Of a stretch of DNA of 64,000 bases, positions 1-12,475 are shown piece by piece (the stretch's first letter is position 1; every line of letters begins with the position of its first letter). This DNA comes from Burkholderiales bacterium (GTDB lineage: Bacteria; Pseudomonadota; Gammaproteobacteria; Burkholderiales; Burkholderiaceae_C). The stretch is taken from NCBI GenBank assembly GCA_038208175.1, contig JBBQZA010000001.1, positions 4,984-68,983 on the forward strand, read 5' to 3'. The notes under the pieces were generated by a model. The model was given only the letters and a program-made list of their open reading frames with translations. It was not told the origin of the DNA and searched no databases. Made by a program: the position numbers and the translations under genes.

Positions 1-817
1 CGGGCGCACCCAGGGCGACATCGAGTTCCAGACCGGTCAGCGTGACATCGGCGACACCTGTTTGCTGCCGCAACTTTTCTAGCGTGTCCGCTGGCAGCGG
101 CTCGGCCAGCGTCACATGCAAGGCGGCTCGTGCTGGCAGCCGCCGATACAGGGCGGCAGGTGTTTCGTCCGCAATCACCTTGCCCTGGTCGATGATGACG
201 ATCTGGTCGCCCAGGCGCTCAACCTCTTCCATGTAGTGACTGGTGTAAATCAGTGAGCGTCCCTGGCGCTTGAGCGCCTCCAGACTATCGAAGATGGCGT
301 TACGGCTTTGCGGATCGACGCCCACCGTGGGCTCGTCCAGAATCAGCAACTGGGGATCGTGCAGCAGCGCCGCGGCAATGTTCAAACGCCGTTTCATGCC
401 GCCAGAGAAGGTCGCCGGTTTGTCGTGCAGGCGATCACTGAGTTGCACCAGTTCCATCACCTCGGCGCAGCGCTTCTTGAGCGCAGCCCCCTTCATGCCG
501 TACAGTGCGCCAAAGATCCTAAGGTTCTCGCGTGCCGAGAGATCCTCATACAAGGCCAGATCCTGCGGCACCAGACCGATCATTTTCTTGGCGGCGTTGT
601 TACCTTGGGCCAGCAGTTGACCGTCCAGCCGAACCTCGCCCTGATCCGGTTTGAGCAGGCCGCAGATCATGCTGACGGTGGTCGATTTGCCGGCGCCATT
701 GGGGCCAATCAGCCCCAGCGTTTGCCCCTTGGCCAGATTGAAAGACACCGCATCCACCGCGTGGCGAGAGCCAAACGATTTGTGCAAGTTGGTGACGCGC
801 AGCAGCGGCTCAGTCAT
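1..817 (-). CDS. ABC transporter ATP-binding protein (ABC-2/drug-export type), 3' end runs off the window
   Basis: Manual translation from ATG at 817: MTEPLLRVTNLHKSFG..., Walker A GPNGAGKST, signature FSGGMKRR, Walker B LILDEPT, H-loop YTSHY. Not in the supplied ORF track because it is open at the window edge. Confidence 0.9.
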   Translation of the reverse strand, partial: MTEPLLRVTNLHKSFGSRHAVDAVSFNLAKGQTLGLIGPNGAGKSTTVSMICGLLKPDQGEVRLDGQLLAQGNNAAKKMIGLVPQDLALYEDLSARENLRIFGALYGMKGAALKKRCAEVMELVQLSDRLHDKPATFSGGMKRRLNIAAALLHDPQLLILDEPTVGVDPQSRNAIFDSLEALKRQGRSLIYTSHYMEEVERLGDQIVIIDQGKVIADETPAALYRRLPARAALHVTLAEPLPADTLEKLRQQTGVADVTLTGLELDVALGAP

Positions 818-865
818 GGGCGGGTAGATTGGGTATCGATCAGTCAACTATATTGCATTCCCGAC

Positions 866-1932
866 CTACAGGGATTCGTTCCTCTGTCCAAGTGCCAATG
901 TATCGCGCAGCTCACGTTTGAGGACTTTGTCAATCGCGCTGCGCGGCAGTTCGGCCAGCAAATTCAATGCCGCCAGTCGCTGCGTTTTGCCGACGCGCTG
1001 ATTGACCCATTGCAATAGCTCATCGGTTTCCAGCGTCGCCCCCGGCTTGCCGACGACGAAGGCGACGGGTGTCTCGCCCCATTGCGCTGAGGGCACACCC
1101 ACCACCGCCGCTTCTGCCACCGCCGCGTGTTCGCGCAGCACCGCCTCCAGATCGCTCGGATAAATGTTGAAGCCGCCTGAGATGATCAAAGCGGCCGATG
1201 TCACCAGTGCGAATAAAGCGTTTGCCGATCGGGTCGAACCACTCGGCCTCTCGCGTCTTGCCTGGCTGGCGGTGGTAGCCGAGCATCATGCCGGCAGAAT
1301 GTCCGACCACTTCACCGGCCTCGCCGGCCGGTACTTCGACCCCGTTGTCGTCAATCAGGCGCATGTCATGGCCCTCCGCCGGTTGCCCCACGGTGTGCAG
1401 TTTGGTCGGGTTCAAATGAGCTTCCAGAATACAGGTGCCGCCGCCCTCGGTCATGCCGTAAAACTCAACCAGCGCGTCGGGCCAGCCAGTCATTCAAGGC
1501 AGGCCCTGCTGGCGAGCCATCGAGCGTGACGCGCGCCATGGCGCCGCTACCGGCAAGGCTGACCAGTTCAGCCGTGCCGGCGTCCACGAACAGCGTCCGT
1601 GCCTGCGCATCGGAGATCATGCCGGCCAGGCTGGCCGGCGTGGAGCCCGGTGCCAGCGGCGCCACGACGACGCCGACGCGCGAGGCACCCAGAAAGACGG
1701 CGGCATACTCGATCGACATCGCGGCGCAGATGGCAATCGCATCACCGGCCTTGAGTCCGTCACGCTGCAGGGCCGCTGCAATGCGGTCCATCAGGACGTC
1801 CAGCGCCCCATAGTCAAGCGAATGCGGCCCTTCGATCAACGCCGCACGGCGCGGTGCGGCCAGTGCGTGCTGGCCGATCAGATCGCTGATGAGTGCAAAG
1901 TCTTGTTGCGCAAAGGCGATAACTGGTTCCAT
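866..1932 (-). pseudogene. Acyl-CoA synthetase (AMP-binding) pseudogene in three frames with two internal deletions
   Basis: ORFs 1465-1932, 1020-1493 and 866-1204 give consecutive ligase segments (FYGMTEGG, RTGDIGRFD, IISGGFNIYP, LPRSAIDKVLKRELR). The YSSGTTG P-loop region is absent. Confidence 0.85.
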
Positions 1933-1949
1933 CGCGTCGAAGGATCAAT

Positions 1950-3050
1950 TCAGAACAGGGTGCCGAGCGATGCCGGCGAGAAGTCCATCAGTTCAGAGTG
2001 TCGACCATCGCGTACTTTGAGCACCCACTCGGGGTCGGGGATCAGTGCGCGTCCGACAGCAACCAGATCAAAATCGCCACGGTCGAGCCGGCGCAGCAAC
2101 TCGTCGAGTGACGCCGGCTTGGAGCTCTCGCCGCCGAAGGCCGCGATGAACTCGCCGCTGAGTCCGACCGATCCGACTGTGATGGTTGGCTTGCCGGTCA
2201 GCTTCTTGGCCCAGCCAGCAAAATTCAGATCAGAGCCGTCAAATTCCGGCTCCCAGAAACGCCGCTGTGAGCAATGGAAAATATCGGCGCCAGCGTCCGC
2301 CAGCAGGCGCAGCCAGGCTTCCATTTCCTGCGGCGTTTTGGCCATCTTGACGGCATAGTCCTGCAGCTTCCACTGCGAAAGGCGAATGATCACCGGATAG
2401 TCAGGGCCGACCGCCGCGCGCACCGCGCGCAGAATCTCGGCCGCGAACCGGCCGCGCTGCAGCAGCGTGGCGCCGCCATAAGCGTCGCTGCGCTGATTGG
2501 TGCCGTCCCAGAAAAACTGGTCAATCAGGTAACCGTGCGCACCGTGCAATTCGACCGCGTCGAAGCCCAGCTTCCTGGCATCGGCGGCGGCGCGGGCAAA
2601 AGCGGCAATGGTGTCGGCAATTGCCGCATCAGTCATGGCCTCGCCCAATGCCTTGCCGGGCGAAGACAGTCCGGACGGACCTTCAAACGGTGCCGCCGGC
2701 ACCCAATCGGTACGGCGATTGCGCACCGCCCCCATGTGCCAGAGCTGCGGCGCCATGACACCGCCGACCTGGTGCACCTGATCGATGACCCGCTTCCAGC
2801 CGCCCAGCGCGTCCTCGCCCCAAAAACGCGGCACATTGGGATCGTTGGAGGACGCCGGACGATTCACCACCGTCCCTTCGGAAATGATCAGGCCGACCGC
2901 CGCTGCGGCGCGGCGCTGGTAGTACTCGGCTACCTTGGTGGTAGGCACACCGCCGGGTGAAAAAGCGCGCGTCATCGGCGCCATGACGATCCGGTTGGGC
3001 AGTTTCAGGCTTTTGAATTGAAACGGGAGGAACAGGGAATCCAGCGACAT
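1950..3050 (-). CDS. NADH:flavin oxidoreductase, Old Yellow Enzyme family
   Basis: NRIVMAPMTR, ELHGAHGYLIDQF, D.YGG and VAVGRALI motifs. Confidence 0.9.
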   Translation of the reverse strand: MSLDSLFLPFQFKSLKLPNRIVMAPMTRAFSPGGVPTTKVAEYYQRRAAAAVGLIISEGTVVNRPASSNDPNVPRFWGEDALGGWKRVIDQVHQVGGVMAPQLWHMGAVRNRRTDWVPAAPFEGPSGLSSPGKALGEAMTDAAIADTIAAFARAAADARKLGFDAVELHGAHGYLIDQFFWDGTNQRSDAYGGATLLQRGRFAAEILRAVRAAVGPDYPVIIRLSQWKLQDYAVKMAKTPQEMEAWLRLLADAGADIFHCSQRRFWEPEFDGSDLNFAGWAKKLTGKPTITVGSVGLSGEFIAAFGGESSKPASLDELLRRLDRGDFDLVAVGRALIPDPEWVLKVRDGRHSELMDFSPASLGTLF

Positions 3051-3208
3051 GGTTGACCTTTGACTGATATGTTTGTTTGGCGCGGCGCAGCGTTGAAGCT
3101 CGGTGCCGAAGTGGGTGTCTGCATTTTAGGCTTGGGATGGTTGCAAGTTAACTTGGGGTTAGCCGCTCGAAGTGGTGGAGCGCTCTGGCAGAGCACCGCT
3201 TCACAGCT

Positions 3209-4672
3209 TCACAACAGGCTTCGATACAAGGCAGCGTATTGCCGTGCGGCACCTGACCAGTCAAAGATCTGGCGCATCCCGGTGTGACGCACGCGGCTCC
3301 ATTCTGCAGGACTCCGGTACAGCACGAAGGCCCGCCTGACAGCCTGGCGATAGGCGATGTCGGTGAAGGCATCGAAAACAAAACCGGTGGCCGTTGCCGT
3401 ATCCAGCGTTTCAAAGTCGACATCGACCACCGTATCGGCCAGGCCGCCAACACGCCGCACCAGCGGCAGGCTGCCGTATTTCAGGCCATACATCTGCGTC
3501 AGGCCACAAGGCTCGAAGCGCGAGGGCACCAACGTGACATCGCTGCCGGCAAAGATGCGGTGCGCAAACGTCTCGTCATATCCCAGGCGCACCGCCACCT
3601 GGCCCTTGTGGATTTGTGCCTGCTCTGCAAAGGCCGCCTCCAGCGCCGCATCGCCACTGCCCAGCAGCAGCAGTTGACCACCATCAGCGATGATTTCATC
3701 CACGCCAGCCAGCACCAGCGGCAGTCCTTTTTGTTCGCTCAGCCGGCTCACCACGGTGAACAGCAGCGCGTCGGCGCTGACCTGCAAGCCTGCTTCGGCT
3801 TGCAACTGTGCCTTGTTGAGCGCCTTTCCGGCCAGGTGTAGAAGGTCGAAGCGGTGAGCGATCAGAGGGTCGGTGGCCGGATTCCAGACCCGGCCATCGA
3901 CCGCGTTCAGGATGCCGCTCAGGTGCGTCGATCTTGCTCGCAGCAAGCCATCCAGTCCGCAGCCCTGCTCGGCGGTCTGGATTTCCCGCGCATAACTGGG
4001 GCTGACGGTGGTAATGCGGTTGGCGTAGAAAAGTCCGGCTTTCATGAACGACAACTGGCCGTGAAACTCGATGCCATCGATGTTGAAGGCGTGCGCCGGA
4101 AGTCCCAAATCAACGAAGCATTCAGCGCCAAAAACGCCCTGGTAGGCCAGGTTGTGCACGGTGTAAACGCTGGGTACCCGGGGTGCCTTCGCGTCCGGCC
4201 ACAAGGCCAGACAGGCCACTGCCAGCGCAGCATGCCAGTCGTGGCTGTGCACCAGTTGGGGCTGCCAAAGACGGTCGGTTCCATGCGCCAGATGCGCCGC
4301 TCCCCAGCCCAACGCAGCGAAGCGGCGATGGTTGTCGGCATAGGGTCGCTTGTCAGCGTCTTCGTAGGGGTTGCCGGGCCGATCGAACAAGCCAGGAGCC
4401 AGCAGCACGTAGGCCCGAATTGGCTGCTTGCCGCTGGACAGTGTCGGCAGCACGCCGCCGGCAATGGCTACCAACTCGCCCCAGGGCGTCAGGAATCTTC
4501 CGACGATCGCTTCCTCCTGCAGAGCGGCTCGAATGGCGGGCAGTCCGGGCAGCAGCACCCGCACATCACAGCCAGCCTCCTGCAAGGCTGCCGGTAAGGC
4601 CCCGGCAATGTCGGCCAGCCCCCCGGTTTTGAGCAGGGGAAAGATTTCGGCGCTGACCTGCAGGATTCGCAT
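3209..4672 (-). CDS. glgA: Glycogen synthase
   Basis: KTGGLAD, HSHDWH, TVHNLAYQG, PSRFEPCGLTQ motifs; directly downstream of glgC. Confidence 0.97.
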   Translation of the reverse strand: MRILQVSAEIFPLLKTGGLADIAGALPAALQEAGCDVRVLLPGLPAIRAALQEEAIVGRFLTPWGELVAIAGGVLPTLSSGKQPIRAYVLLAPGLFDRPGNPYEDADKRPYADNHRRFAALGWGAAHLAHGTDRLWQPQLVHSHDWHAALAVACLALWPDAKAPRVPSVYTVHNLAYQGVFGAECFVDLGLPAHAFNIDGIEFHGQLSFMKAGLFYANRITTVSPSYAREIQTAEQGCGLDGLLRARSTHLSGILNAVDGRVWNPATDPLIAHRFDLLHLAGKALNKAQLQAEAGLQVSADALLFTVVSRLSEQKGLPLVLAGVDEIIADGGQLLLLGSGDAALEAAFAEQAQIHKGQVAVRLGYDETFAHRIFAGSDVTLVPSRFEPCGLTQMYGLKYGSLPLVRRVGGLADTVVDVDFETLDTATATGFVFDAFTDIAYRQAVRRAFVLYRSPAEWSRVRHTGMRQIFDWSGAARQYAALYRSLL

Positions 4673-4683
4673 GCTGAAGGCTT

Positions 4684-5997
4684 TCAGCTGGTTGGCGCAG
4701 CGGCCAGGCGCTTGAGCATGTCACGCGTCACCAGCACCACCCCCTCTTCAGTGCGCTCAAATCGCTGTGCATCCAGCAAAGGGTCTTCGCCAATGACCAG
4801 GCCAATGGGCAGCGTGCAGCCACGGTCGACCACAACCTTTCTCAGCCGGCACTCGCGCCCGATCGTCACGTCGGGCAACAAGACGGCCTGGTCGATGACG
4901 CAATAGGAATGCACCCGCACACTGGAAAACAAAACGGAATTACTGACCACCGAGCCCGACACAATGCAACCGCCCGAGACCATGGTGTTGATCGCCTGCC
5001 CGTGCTTGCCGTCTGCGTCCTGCACAAATTTGGCCGGTGGCAATTGCCGCTGGTAGGTCCAGATCGGCCAGTTGGTGTCGTAGATGTCGAGCTCGGGTGT
5101 GACCGAAGCCAGGTCCAGATTGGCAGCCCAAAATGCGTCGATGGTACCGACGTCACGCCAGTACGGCTTGGCCTCTGGCGTGGTCGAGACACAGGACCGG
5201 GAGAAGGGATGCGCCATCGCCTGGCCTTCGCGCACCACGCGGGGAATGACGTCCTTGCCAAAATCGTGACTGGAATGCGGGTTGGCCAGTTCGTCTTCCA
5301 GCACCTGGTACAGGTATTGGGCATTAAAGACATAGATTCCCATGCTGGCCAGAGACAGAGCGTCATTGCCGGGCAGGGTCGGTGGATTGGCAGGTTTTTC
5401 AACGAACTCGGTGATTTTTCTCTTGTCGTCTATCGCCATCACCCCAAAGGCCGATGCTTCTTCGCGCGGCACTTCGATGCAACCCACGGTGCAGCCCAGG
5501 CCGCTTGCCACATGGTCCCTGAGCATCAGCGAATAGTCCATCTTGTAGACGTGATCCCCGGCCAGTACCACCACGTACTCCGGCTTGCTGGACTGGATGA
5601 TGTCCAGGTTCTGATAGATGGCGTCGGCCGTACCGCGGTACCAATGTTCTTCATCGATACGCTGCTGGGCCGGCATCAGGTCCACCATTTCATTGAGCTC
5701 GGCGCGCAGGAAACTCCAGCCGCGCTGCAAATGGCGCAACAGCGAGTGCGACTTGTACTGGGTAATGACGCCAATACGGCGGATACCGGAATTCACGCAA
5801 TTGGACAGCGCAAAGTCAATGATGCGGAACTTGCCGCCAAAGTAGACCGCCGGCTTGGCGCGGGTGTCGGTCAGCTGTTTCAGACGCGAGCCGCGCCCCC
5901 CGGAGAGCACCAGCGCCAGCGTACGGCGCACCAGCATATGGGGCTCCAAATGCCGCGCTGACTGCGCGCTGGTGTCCGGGGTTTGCAAAGTGCCCAC
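4684..5997 (-). CDS. glgC: Glucose-1-phosphate adenylyltransferase
   Basis: [49 protein letters not shown] motifs. Confidence 0.97.
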   Translation of the reverse strand: MGTLQTPDTSAQSARHLEPHMLVRRTLALVLSGGRGSRLKQLTDTRAKPAVYFGGKFRIIDFALSNCVNSGIRRIGVITQYKSHSLLRHLQRGWSFLRAELNEMVDLMPAQQRIDEEHWYRGTADAIYQNLDIIQSSKPEYVVVLAGDHVYKMDYSLMLRDHVASGLGCTVGCIEVPREEASAFGVMAIDDKRKITEFVEKPANPPTLPGNDALSLASMGIYVFNAQYLYQVLEDELANPHSSHDFGKDVIPRVVREGQAMAHPFSRSCVSTTPEAKPYWRDVGTIDAFWAANLDLASVTPELDIYDTNWPIWTYQRQLPPAKFVQDADGKHGQAINTMVSGGCIVSGSVVSNSVLFSSVRVHSYCVIDQAVLLPDVTIGRECRLRKVVVDRGCTLPIGLVIGEDPLLDAQRFERTEEGVVLVTRDMLKRLAAAPTS

Positions 5998-6144
5998 AGC
6001 GGTTTCCTTCTCTTGGATGGCGGTTGCTCGTTGGCGACCCGATCAACAGGGGGTTTGACCAGATCAGATAACGCGATTGTCACCCAACCGACATGCCATG
6101 GGCTGCCTCGATTTCGCTCCGGGGCAGGTGCCCCGGCAGTCACG

Positions 6145-7287
6145 CTATTTCAGCAATTTCCAGTCGCCGTTCTCGATCGTCGCCATGACCACGGCGCGGC
6201 TGTCGAATCCGTTGTGGTCCTTGGCGCTCATCGAATAGACGCCATGGGTGGCTGGCAATTCCTTGACCGCTTCCAGCTCGTCGCGCAGCGCGAGACGAAA
6301 TTCCGGTGTGCCGGGTTTGGCTTTCTTCAGCGCCGCCGGTATCGCGCGCGTCAGCAGCAAATAGGCATCCCAGGCGTGGCCGCCAAATGTCGAGCGTGAG
6401 TTGGCGCCGTGAGCCGCTTCGTAAAGTTTGATGTACTCGAGCGCCGGTTTTTTGGACGGATGACTGTCGGCAAGCTGTTCCGCCAACAGCATCGGACCCA
6501 CCGGGAATATCGTGCCCTCGACGGCCTTGCCACCAACGCGCAGGAAGTCGCGGTTGGCGATGCCATGCGTCTGGTAGTAGCGTCCCTTGTAGCCGCGCTC
6601 CACCAGGGTGGATTGCGGCAGCACCGCCGGTGTGCCCGAGCCAGCGATCAACACCGCATCCGGATTCGTGCCGAGTATCTTCAAGGCCTGGCCGGTCACC
6701 GAAGTGTCATTGCGCTGGTAGCGCTCGATCGCGGTCAGCTTGATGCCCTTGGGCTCCGCAGCCGCTTGCAGCGCTTTCAGCCAGCCTTCGCCATAAGGGT
6801 CGGCGTAGCCGATGAAGCCCACGGTCTTCACACCATTGGCCGCCATGTGACCGACGATGGCCGCAGCCATCACATTGAAGCCCTGTGGCGTCACGAAGAT
6901 CCAGGGCCGCTTGTCTTCGGCCGGCGCTACCGGTGCCATCGAAATCTGCGGCGTCTTGGACTCGAACGCCACTTCCAGGATGGCCATCGAGGTCGGCGTC
7001 GCTGTGGCGGCCACCAGCACATCGACCTTGTCCTCGGACGTCATCTTGCGCGCATTCTTTACCGCGGTGGAGGTGTCGGTGGCATCGTCGAGAACGACAT
7101 AGCGCACTTTCTCGCCGGCGATGGTGGCCGGCAGCAAGGCAAATGAATTTTTCTCCGGAATGCCCAGCGAAGCCGCCGGACCGGTGGCTGAAACGCTGAC
7201 GCCGACCGTGATGTCGGCCAGCACCGGGGCTGTCATGGCACCCAGTGCCAGACTGGTCAAGGCGAGAAAGATAGCTTTGGTTTTCAT
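6145..7287 (-). CDS. ABC transporter substrate-binding protein, branched-chain/aromatic-acid (PBP1) type
   Basis: Signal peptide; SATGPAASLGIPE, LDDATD, QTHGIAN motifs typical of benzoate/aromatic-binding PBP1 proteins. Confidence 0.85.
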   Translation of the reverse strand: MKTKAIFLALTSLALGAMTAPVLADITVGVSVSATGPAASLGIPEKNSFALLPATIAGEKVRYVVLDDATDTSTAVKNARKMTSEDKVDVLVAATATPTSMAILEVAFESKTPQISMAPVAPAEDKRPWIFVTPQGFNVMAAAIVGHMAANGVKTVGFIGYADPYGEGWLKALQAAAEPKGIKLTAIERYQRNDTSVTGQALKILGTNPDAVLIAGSGTPAVLPQSTLVERGYKGRYYQTHGIANRDFLRVGGKAVEGTIFPVGPMLLAEQLADSHPSKKPALEYIKLYEAAHGANSRSTFGGHAWDAYLLLTRAIPAALKKAKPGTPEFRLALRDELEAVKELPATHGVYSMSAKDHNGFDSRAVVMATIENGDWKLLK

Positions 7288-7398
7288 GCGATTGTCTCCT
7301 GTAGATATTGTGTGATTGATCTTAGGCGAAACCAGGCACAGGTGGGTGCATGGCTAAGGGTAAACACTTAAGACATTGACTCCTTTTTACCTTTAATT

Positions 7399-7421
7399 GA
7401 TTATGCTTTATAACCATAATC
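7399..7421. promoter_or_regulatory. Inverted repeat GATTATG-N9-CATAATC, candidate MarR operator in the divergent intergenic region
   Basis: Perfect 7-bp arms seen in the sequence; a MarR gene ends the downstream operon (the link is inferred). Confidence 0.45.
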
Positions 7422-7477
7422 GATGCAAGCGGAGCTAGGGATGATCTGCATAACTCGCGTCAAAAGGAAGATAAATC

Positions 7478-8986
7478 ATGAATATCGCTGACTATCTTGA
7501 GCGCCATGCGGCACAAACACCGGATCAGATTGCGATCCGCTTCGAGGGCCGCTCCATCACTTACGGGCAACTCAACCGCGACGCCAACCGCCTTGCCTCC
7601 AGCCTGCGCACACTCGGTGTTGCGGTCGCAGACCGTGTCGCCCTGTATTTACCGAACGTCCCTGAATTCGCGGTGGCCTATTACGCGGCGCAGAAGCTCG
7701 GCGCGATCCCGGTCACCATCAATGCCATCCTGAAGACCGAGGAAGTGCGCTACCTGCTTGACGACTCGGGCGCCAGCGTGGTCATTACCATGGATGAGCT
7801 GAAGCGTTTTGTGGCCGACGACTGCGCCGCCTTGCGTCTGCGCGTCGTCGTTGATCAGAAAACGCCAGCAACAGGATGGCTGGCCCTGAGCGATCTACTG
7901 GCGCGCGGTACCGATAGGTTCGACTCGGTGCAGCGTTTGCCCGGCGATATTGCCGCGCTGCTTTACTCCTCGGGCACCACCGGCTTCCCCAAGGGCGTGG
8001 CGCTGACCCAGCACAACATCCACAGCAATATCGCGCTGCCGCCGCTTGCCAAATATTCCGACTACCGGCCGGGTGATCGCCTGGCTACTTTCCTGCCTCT
8101 GTTTCATGTCTACGGACAGAACTACATCATGAACGCTGCCATCCTGGCCGGCGCCACCATCGTGCTGTTCCCGCGCTTTGTGCCGGATGTCGTTCTGCGT
8201 GCTATCGGCGATGAGCGCATCACGCACTTCTTCGCCGTGCCCACGATCTACATCGCCCTGCTGGCCATGGATTTGTCGGCCTATGACCTGAGCAGCCTGC
8301 GTTACGAAATGTCGGCCGCCGCCACCATGCCGGAAGAAATTTCCCGCCGTTGGACTGAGCGCTTCGGGCGCCGGGTGTACGAGGGCTACGGCCTGACGGA
8401 GTGCTCGCCATTCTCCTGCTATAACGACAGCGAAGAACACCGATTCGGTTCCGTCGGACGTGCGATCGATGGCTTCGAATTGAAGATTTTCGACGAATCC
8501 GACCACGAAATGCCTTATGGTCAACAAGGTGAAATTGTGATTCGGGGCGAAGGTGTCATGCAGGGCTATTGGAATCGCCCTGACGAATCCAGAACAGCCT
8601 TGCGCGGCGGCTGGCTGCACACCGGTGATGTGGGGCGCATGGACAGCGATGGCTATGTCTACATCACCGACCGTGTCAAGGACATGATCAACGTGTCGGG
8701 CTTCAAAGTCTGGCCGGCGGAAGTCGAGCAGTACCTGTACAAAATGCCCGGTGTCCAGGAAGCAGCTGTGTATGGCATCCCTGCTGGCGCGCAAGGCGAA
8801 CAGGTGGTCGTCGCTGTGGTACTCAAAGCCGGTGCCACGCTGGTCTCGGCTGACATCATTGCCTACTGCCGCGAACACATTGCCGCCTACAAGGTGCCGG
8901 CCCGGGTTGATATTGTCACCGAGCTACCGAAGAGCCCGAGCGGCAAACTGCTCAAACGCGTGCTGCGCCAGCAAGCCGCTGCCTAA
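7478..8986 (+). CDS. Long-chain acyl-CoA ligase (AMP-binding)
   Basis: LYSSGTTGFPKG, YEGYGLTE, WLHTGD, DRVKDMINVSG, PKSPSGKLLKR. Confidence 0.92.
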   Translation: MNIADYLERHAAQTPDQIAIRFEGRSITYGQLNRDANRLASSLRTLGVAVADRVALYLPNVPEFAVAYYAAQKLGAIPVTINAILKTEEVRYLLDDSGASVVITMDELKRFVADDCAALRLRVVVDQKTPATGWLALSDLLARGTDRFDSVQRLPGDIAALLYSSGTTGFPKGVALTQHNIHSNIALPPLAKYSDYRPGDRLATFLPLFHVYGQNYIMNAAILAGATIVLFPRFVPDVVLRAIGDERITHFFAVPTIYIALLAMDLSAYDLSSLRYEMSAAATMPEEISRRWTERFGRRVYEGYGLTECSPFSCYNDSEEHRFGSVGRAIDGFELKIFDESDHEMPYGQQGEIVIRGEGVMQGYWNRPDESRTALRGGWLHTGDVGRMDSDGYVYITDRVKDMINVSGFKVWPAEVEQYLYKMPGVQEAAVYGIPAGAQGEQVVVAVVLKAGATLVSADIIAYCREHIAAYKVPARVDIVTELPKSPSGKLLKRVLRQQAAA

Positions 8987-9009
8987 AACCCCTAACCCCG
9001 GAGAACACC

Positions 9010-10209
9010 ATGACTCGCGCCTTCATTCCTTACGGCCTTTACTGGTCCACCCCTTTTGCCAAGTGGCAGGGGCCGATCGCTCACCTCAACAGTTTGCGGC
9101 TGGCCGCCAACGTCGGCAAGCAGGCGCTGGAAGCAAAGCACTTTCCGATGCATCACATCGATCTGGGCATCCTCGGCATCACCAATCCGCAGCTCGGCAG
9201 TTTCTATGGCCTGCCCTATGTCACCGGCATGATGGGGCTCGAAAACGTGGCCGGCCCCACCGTGCAGCAAGCTTGCGCCACCAGCGCGCGCGGCTTGCAG
9301 ATGGCGGCAGCGCAAGTGGCCGACGGCTCGGCCACGTGCGCGCTGCTGATCACCGCCGACCGCTGTTCCAACGGCCCAATCGTTTACTACCCTGACCCCA
9401 CTGCCCCCGGCGGCACCGGCATCACGGAGCGCTGGGTGCTGGACAACTTCGCCTTCGACCCGTACGCAAAAAATGCGATGCTCGACACGGCCGAGAATGT
9501 GGCCGCCAAATTCGGCGTCAGCACGGCGCAACAGCACGAAGTCGCGCTGGCGCGCTATGCCCAATACCAGCAGTCGTTGGCCGACGAGCGCGCCTTTCAG
9601 CGCCGCTACATGGTCGATGTGGCTATCACCGACTCGGGCTTTCGCAAGCAGACCGGCACCCTCAGCGGCGATGACGGGATTTTCGTCACGACCGTCGAGG
9701 GTCTGGCCCGCCTCAAACCGGTCAAGCCTGGTGGCACGGTCACTTTCGGCTCGCAAACCCATCCGGCCGACGGCAATGCTGGCGCCATTGTCACGACGCG
9801 CGAAATGGCGCACGAGGTGTCGCTTGACCCAAGCATCGTCGTGGAGTTGCTCGGTTTTGGCCAGTCGCGCGTGGAAAAAGGCCACATGCCAATGGCGGTC
9901 GCGCCGGCCGTGCAGGAAGCCCTGAAGAATGCCGGGCTCACGATCAAGGACGTCGACGCGGTCAAGACGCACAACCCGTTTGCCGTCAACGACATCGCGT
10001 TTGCCCAGCAGACCGGCTTCCCGCTGGAGAAGATGAACAACTATGGCTGCTCGCTGATCTGGGGACATCCGCAAGGCCCGACCGGACTGCGCAGCGTGAT
10101 CGAGTTGATCGAGGAACTGGCCATGCGTGGCGGTGGCATTGGCGCCTTTGGTGGCTGCGCCGCTGGCGACTCCGCCATGGCGCTGGTGCTGCGTGTCAGC
10201 GGCCGATGA
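9010..10209 (+). CDS. Thiolase family protein
   Basis: QACATS (catalytic Cys), WGHPQGPTG (His), GCAAG (second Cys). Confidence 0.9.
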   Translation: MTRAFIPYGLYWSTPFAKWQGPIAHLNSLRLAANVGKQALEAKHFPMHHIDLGILGITNPQLGSFYGLPYVTGMMGLENVAGPTVQQACATSARGLQMAAAQVADGSATCALLITADRCSNGPIVYYPDPTAPGGTGITERWVLDNFAFDPYAKNAMLDTAENVAAKFGVSTAQQHEVALARYAQYQQSLADERAFQRRYMVDVAITDSGFRKQTGTLSGDDGIFVTTVEGLARLKPVKPGGTVTFGSQTHPADGNAGAIVTTREMAHEVSLDPSIVVELLGFGQSRVEKGHMPMAVAPAVQEALKNAGLTIKDVDAVKTHNPFAVNDIAFAQQTGFPLEKMNNYGCSLIWGHPQGPTGLRSVIELIEELAMRGGGIGAFGGCAAGDSAMALVLRVSGR

Positions 10210-10261
10210 TCGACAGCCACCGGACCACCCGGACCGCATCAAGGCGCTGTGCGTTTGATTC

Positions 10262-11977
<1,716 letters not shown>

Positions 11978-11989
11978 TCTGATCCCGTC

Positions 11990-12451
11990 ATGTACATTGC
12001 CCATCCCAATCCCGCAGCCAGCATTGACGCGGTAGACACCCAATACATCGATACCCTGGTGGGCTACAACGCGCGCCGCGCCGCGCTGGCCGTGATCGAA
12101 CCATTTTTGCAGCGCATGGCGCCTTTCGACCTGCGCCCGGTCGACTTTTCGGTAGCTTCGCTGATCGCGCACAACCCGGGCATCACCTCACGCCAGTTGT
12201 GCAGCACGCTGGGCATCCTGCCGCCGAATCTGGTGGCGCTGATCAATGCGCTGGAAAAGCGCGGCCTGATCGAAAAACATCCCCACCCCAACGATGGACG
12301 GGCCAACGGCCTGCACGTCACGGTCGCGGGCATGAGCTTGATGCAGCGGGCTGAAAAGGCTGCCACCGCGCTTGAAGTCGAGGTCGCATCTGAACTGACA
12401 GCGAACGAGCGCCGGACCCTGATACGCTTGCTGAAGAAGGTCTATCAGTAA
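11990..12451 (+). CDS. MarR family transcriptional regulator
   Basis: wHTH with LEKRGLIEKHPHPNDGRA motif; 153 aa. Confidence 0.9.
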   Translation: MYIAHPNPAASIDAVDTQYIDTLVGYNARRAALAVIEPFLQRMAPFDLRPVDFSVASLIAHNPGITSRQLCSTLGILPPNLVALINALEKRGLIEKHPHPNDGRANGLHVTVAGMSLMQRAEKAATALEVEVASELTANERRTLIRLLKKVYQ

Positions 12452-12475
12452 CAGCGTTCATTCGCTCATTGAAAG

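Noticed and set aside
3144-3155. Perfect palindrome CAAGTTAACTTG upstream of the OYE gene
   Set aside because: A plausible operator, but it is a single 12-mer with no cognate regulator nearby; too weak to call.
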